36,931 bases of DNA, taken from the NCBI GenBank assembly GCA_027053075.1, contig JALUEE010000072.1, forward strand, positions 1-36,931. Direction: 5' to 3'. The number at the start of each line of letters is the position of its first letter. Within the stretch, counting starts at the first letter, position 1. Under the pieces are notes generated by a model. The model worked only from the letters and a program-made list of their open reading frames with translations, did not search any database and was not told the DNA's origin. Of the stretch, positions 34,201 to 36,931 are shown in pieces. The translations under genes were made by a program, and so were the position numbers. This DNA is from a candidate division WOR-3 bacterium. Lineage in GTDB: Bacteria; Hydrothermota; Hydrothermia; B15-G9; WFZT01.

Positions 34201-36931
34201 TGGATACAGATGGAGATGGGATACCGGATGTGATAGATATAGACAGTGATAATGATGGATTGTTTGACGGTAATTACAATCCTGGTTGGACTTATGCAGA
34301 TGGAAAAGTGCCCAACGAGAATACATTTGGAACAGATTACAAAAATCCTGATACAGATGGAGATGGGCTAACAGATGGATGGGAGGCAGGAAATGATTTA
34401 GACCTTACAGATGGATCAGGAGCTGGTCATTTCGAGAGAACAGATCCAACTCTCTGGTCTTCTGATACTGTGACAACTGCTGTCCCCTGGACAGCACAGT
34501 ATGGAGACAGTTTATCAGATTATTATGAGCTTACACATGGATTAAACCCTCTCTCTGTGAATACAGATGGAGATTCAATTGATGTAGATGGAGATGGCCA
34601 TTATGACTATCCAATTTGGGAAGGACCGGTAGCTGACGAAGATTATCCTACTTTTAATCCTTCTACACACCAGTTTAATCCACCTGCTAATGGAGTATTC
34701 TATGTAGAGGTTGTTGGGCAGAATCATGACGACCTTGGTATGGATGACCCACAGGATCCTTTAAATACTGACTTTGTTGGGATATGGGTTGATACCGATG
34801 GAGATGGCTTGCCTAATAAGCTTGAAGAGGAAATAGGAACCAATCCGTACAATAGAGACACAGATGGTGACGGTCTCTGGGATGGCGATGAGCTGTATCC
34901 AGAAAGATTTGACCTTGACAGTGTTTACAATATTAAGAACCCATTTGATGGCTACTACTCATCTGATCCTAAGAATCCTGATACCGATGGTGATGGCCTT
35001 TCCGATTACGTTGAGCTAACGGGGAATGGGCATATTCCTTTGAAATCTGCTGGTGTTCCTGATGCAAATGACAGTCTCTGGGCTTCAAATCCCCGTTCAA
35101 CCGATACCGATGGAGATGGCATTGCTGATGGAGATACAATTCTAATTAATTGGACAGATACTGCAGGTGTTGTGCATCAGGATACATTTATTGAAGGATA
35201 TGTCGAGTCAGAGGCTATACCTGATGGTAAGCCAAATATAAGGGACACTGATTCTGACAATGATGGACTTTCAGATTATGTAGAAAATTATTGGAACACA
35301 TTGAGGTCACCAGTAAATGCTGGATGGAACCCCGGCAACTACGACACTGACCATGATGGTGTTGCAGACTTTACTGACGTAGGTGTAGGTGGAGACCCAG
35401 GTGATGGTAGGCAGACTGCTACAGGTACTCCACCTGATGTAGATGGTGATGGACTCCTCGATGTTTTCGAGCAGGGTGGCGCATGGCAGACATATGCAAC
35501 AACTCTTGGAGATAAAGATTCCGATGATGACGGAATATCTGATGGAACCGAAGATAAGGGCGGCACGTTCCTTATTACAACGAGACCAGACAATAGAGAT
35601 TCAGATAATGATGGCATACAAGATGGAACTGAGCTTGGCGTGACTTCAGGAATTCCTGGCGGTGCTGGTGTGGGGACTGACCCAGCAGTTTTTATCCCTG
35701 ATGCTGATAATAGTACAATGACAGACCCCACCCTTGCAGATTCTGATCATGATGGTCTTAACGATGGTGTAGAAGATGCCAATGCTAATGGTGCTGTAGA
35801 CCCGGGTGAGAGTGATCCTGACAATCCCGATACCGATAATGATTTCATCCTTGATGGCTCCGATGCTAATCCGCTCGTAGCGGAAGATACCGATCATGAT
35901 GGTCTTCCAGATTGGATGGAGAAATACTTTACAGGTACAGACCCTAACGATAATGACACAGATGATGACGGACTTGCAGATGGATGGGATGACTCTACTC
36001 CAAATGGCGTCTTTGATGCTGGTGAGGCTCCTGGAGAGCTGGGAGATGGAACTCTGGCATTTAATTCTGCCTCAGGTGAGTGGGAATGGACTAACCCAAC
36101 AGATGGATCTTCTGAGGCACTTGTAAATAGAACAGGTACCGGTGGCCATCCTGCATATACAACTGTAACAGAACCGCTTGTGGGTTCAACAGACCTCGAT
36201 GGTCTGCTCGATGGTATTGAATTATCAGTTACTGCCGGTGTGTCCGGGTCTGCTGGATACACTGGAGATGCTGATGCAACAACATATACAAACCCATTTG
36301 GTACAGATTCTGATAATGATTTGCTTCTCGATGGATACAGTGAAGACGTTAATGGTAATGGAGCCGTTGATGCGACAGAGACGGATCCAAACAGCAATGA
36401 TACGGATGGAGATGGAGTAGTAGACGGATACGATGGATGGGAGACAGTGAATGTGGCGTTTGGAGGAGGAGCAGCGGCGGCGTTGAATACGGATGCAGAT
36501 GGAGATGGATGGAATGATAATGATGAGTTAACGAATGGGACATTGCCTGTATACACCCATGATGCATCGACATATGGATGGGTTACGTATGCGGGCAGTG
36601 GATCAGATACGGACCTTGATGGAAGGGATGACAATACAGGAGTGAATGAGAACACGTATGCTGCGGCGAAGGCGATAGATCAGGATGGAGATTACCTATA
36701 TGATGGATATGGAGAGGATGTTAATTATGATGCGACGGTAGGTGCGACAGAGACAGATCCAAACAACAATGATACGGATGGAGATGGAGTAGTAGACGGA
36801 TATGATGGATGGGAGACAGTGAATGTGGCGTTTGGAGGAGGAGCAGCGGCGGCGTTGAATACGGATGCAGATGGAGATGGATGGAATGATAATGATGAGT
36901 TAACGAATGGGACATTGCCTGTATACACCCA
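31203..36931 (+). CDS. Giant secreted Ca-binding DxDxDG (thrombospondin type-3-like) repeat protein, 3'-truncated by the window (>1900 aa)
   Basis: SD AAGGAGG; MGNVKVNDIIKRVSKPIVTGVVSIGLTLLFVGTLRA signal peptide; dozens of DP...D[TS]DxDG..D..E motifs. The same frame holds at 31203, 33201 and 36900, and I saw no stop. Confidence 0.92.
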   Translation, partial: MGNVKVNDIIKRVSKPIVTGVVSIGLTLLFVGTLRAGSFTYPDRNGNGVPDVADIMLGLVNPDGTPYDTVNTPTAKFADFDGDGIPDSLEIKLDTTGAIGVLQRGDLDPKNPDTDHDGIPDGAELLADTSYTPNYVGHVVTNPITHIPSNDTIDVDGDGIINALDIDSDNDGLLDGPNYGYNIGSGAVFSFNNGGGHYKYEHGAGGTGTDPYDNDTDDDGLGDGEEVYTYAQWNVDPKKFDTDGDHLSDELEIKLGLNPNNTDTDGDGIDDATELADNAAIIAGTVASGGATDLAWDAAHSAYTDTLAGFMNIADVDRDGLIDALDVDSDNDGINDGVANSISPIGHEDITDIDGDGIPNYRDMDSDGDGLADGQEENFYHTSAYGYTDGDNDGVVDESEIAYGLNYNTNDTDGDGIVDSTEVNSNGANISIVTASGHDAYYLTSAPSDVDGDGLPDARDLDSDNDGLFDGNYNPGWTYADGSVPNENTFGTDYRNSDTDGDGLTDGWEAGNDLDLADGSGAGNFERTDATKVDTDGDGISDKVELENGSNPLLVDSDDDGIPDSTEWGTNLAGAPRDTDGDGIPDVIDIDSDNDGLFDYSYDPGWTYADGKVPNEKQFFETDAGWAADSAIAASYREDFDGDGLTDGWEAGNDLDLADGSGSGHFQRTLPYNVDSDGDGIADNVELQNGSNPLLTDSDDDGIPDSTEWGTNLAGAPRDTDGDGIPDVIDIDSDNDGLFDYSYDPGWTYADGKVPNEKQFFETDAGWAADSAIAASYREDFDGDGLTDGWEAGNDLDLADGSGAGNFQRTLPYNVDSDGDGIADNVELQNGSNPLLTDSDDDGIPDSTEWGTNLAGAPRDTDGDGIPDVIDIDSDNDGLFDYSYDPGWTYADGKVPNEKQFFETDAGWAADSAIAASYREDFDGDGLTDGWEAGNDLDLADGSGSGHFQRTLPYNVDSDGDGIADNVELQNGSNPLLTDSDDDGIPDSTEWGTNLAGAPVDTDGDGIPDVIDIDSDNDGLFDGNYNPGWTYADGKVPNENTFGTDYKNPDTDGDGLTDGWEAGNDLDLTDGSGAGHFERTDPTLWSSDTVTTAVPWTAQYGDSLSDYYELTHGLNPLSVNTDGDSIDVDGDGHYDYPIWEGPVADEDYPTFNPSTHQFNPPANGVFYVEVVGQNHDDLGMDDPQDPLNTDFVGIWVDTDGDGLPNKLEEEIGTNPYNRDTDGDGLWDGDELYPERFDLDSVYNIKNPFDGYYSSDPKNPDTDGDGLSDYVELTGNGHIPLKSAGVPDANDSLWASNPRSTDTDGDGIADGDTILINWTDTAGVVHQDTFIEGYVESEAIPDGKPNIRDTDSDNDGLSDYVENYWNTLRSPVNAGWNPGNYDTDHDGVADFTDVGVGGDPGDGRQTATGTPPDVDGDGLLDVFEQGGAWQTYATTLGDKDSDDDGISDGTEDKGGTFLITTRPDNRDSDNDGIQDGTELGVTSGIPGGAGVGTDPAVFIPDADNSTMTDPTLADSDHDGLNDGVEDANANGAVDPGESDPDNPDTDNDFILDGSDANPLVAEDTDHDGLPDWMEKYFTGTDPNDNDTDDDGLADGWDDSTPNGVFDAGEAPGELGDGTLAFNSASGEWEWTNPTDGSSEALVNRTGTGGHPAYTTVTEPLVGSTDLDGLLDGIELSVTAGVSGSAGYTGDADATTYTNPFGTDSDNDLLLDGYSEDVNGNGAVDATETDPNSNDTDGDGVVDGYDGWETVNVAFGGGAAAALNTDADGDGWNDNDELTNGTLPVYTHDASTYGWVTYAGSGSDTDLDGRDDNTGVNENTYAAAKAIDQDGDYLYDGYGEDVNYDATVGATETDPNNNDTDGDGVVDGYDGWETVNVAFGGGAAAALNTDADGDGWNDNDELTNGTLPVYT
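32590..34450 (+). repeat. Intragenic tandem repeat, 423-bp (141-aa) unit, ~4 copies with diverged flanking partial units
   Basis: CAGAGGACATTGCCGTACAATGT occurs at 33201, 33624 and 34047. Confidence 0.95.
36370..36931 (+). repeat. Second intragenic tandem repeat, 372-bp (124-aa) unit, running off the window
   Basis: GATACGGATGGAGATGGAGTAGTAGACGGA occurs at 36399 and 36771. Confidence 0.92.

Noticed and set aside
32794..34326. 510-aa His/Pro-rich minus-strand ORF, and the antisense ORFs at 35339-36928
   Set aside because: Shadow frames of the repetitive GAT/GGA-rich giant gene.
32590..36931. Diversity-generating retroelement TR/VR pair
   Set aside because: Repeat differences are mostly synonymous and not adenine-specific; no reverse transcriptase in the window.

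Overview
Bacterial chromosomal window. The diderm gene set and protein style suggest an FCB-superphylum lineage such as WOR-3, but this is inference only. From left to right: (1) the 3' end of an IS1634-like transposase whose terminus supplies the last codons of an outer-membrane protein gene; (2) a TetR-regulated operon of MMPL/RND transporter, LolA-like protein and beta-barrel, with three palindromic operator candidates and a ~500-bp duplicated leader; (3) tRNA-Arg(CCT); (4) an AT-rich ABC-2 exporter plus DUF5916-like outer-membrane cassette; (5) purM, divergent from a DGGGPS-like ubiA-GDPD-queA-glycosyltransferase operon; (6) a mixed operon of sugar kinase, patatin, amidohydrolase, ccsA and TSUP; (7) an orphan V-ATPase subunit D gene paired with rpmA; (8) tRNA-Arg(TCT), a small membrane protein and a beta-CASP nuclease; (9) a partial complex I cluster nuoG-I-B-D; (10) a giant secreted DxDxDG Ca-binding repeat protein (>1900 aa, runs off the window, absent from the ORF track) with 423-bp and 372-bp tandem repeats and two SD-led uORFs upstream. 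Most large intergenic gaps contain a family of palindromic REP/MITE-like elements. Many operon-first genes look leaderless.
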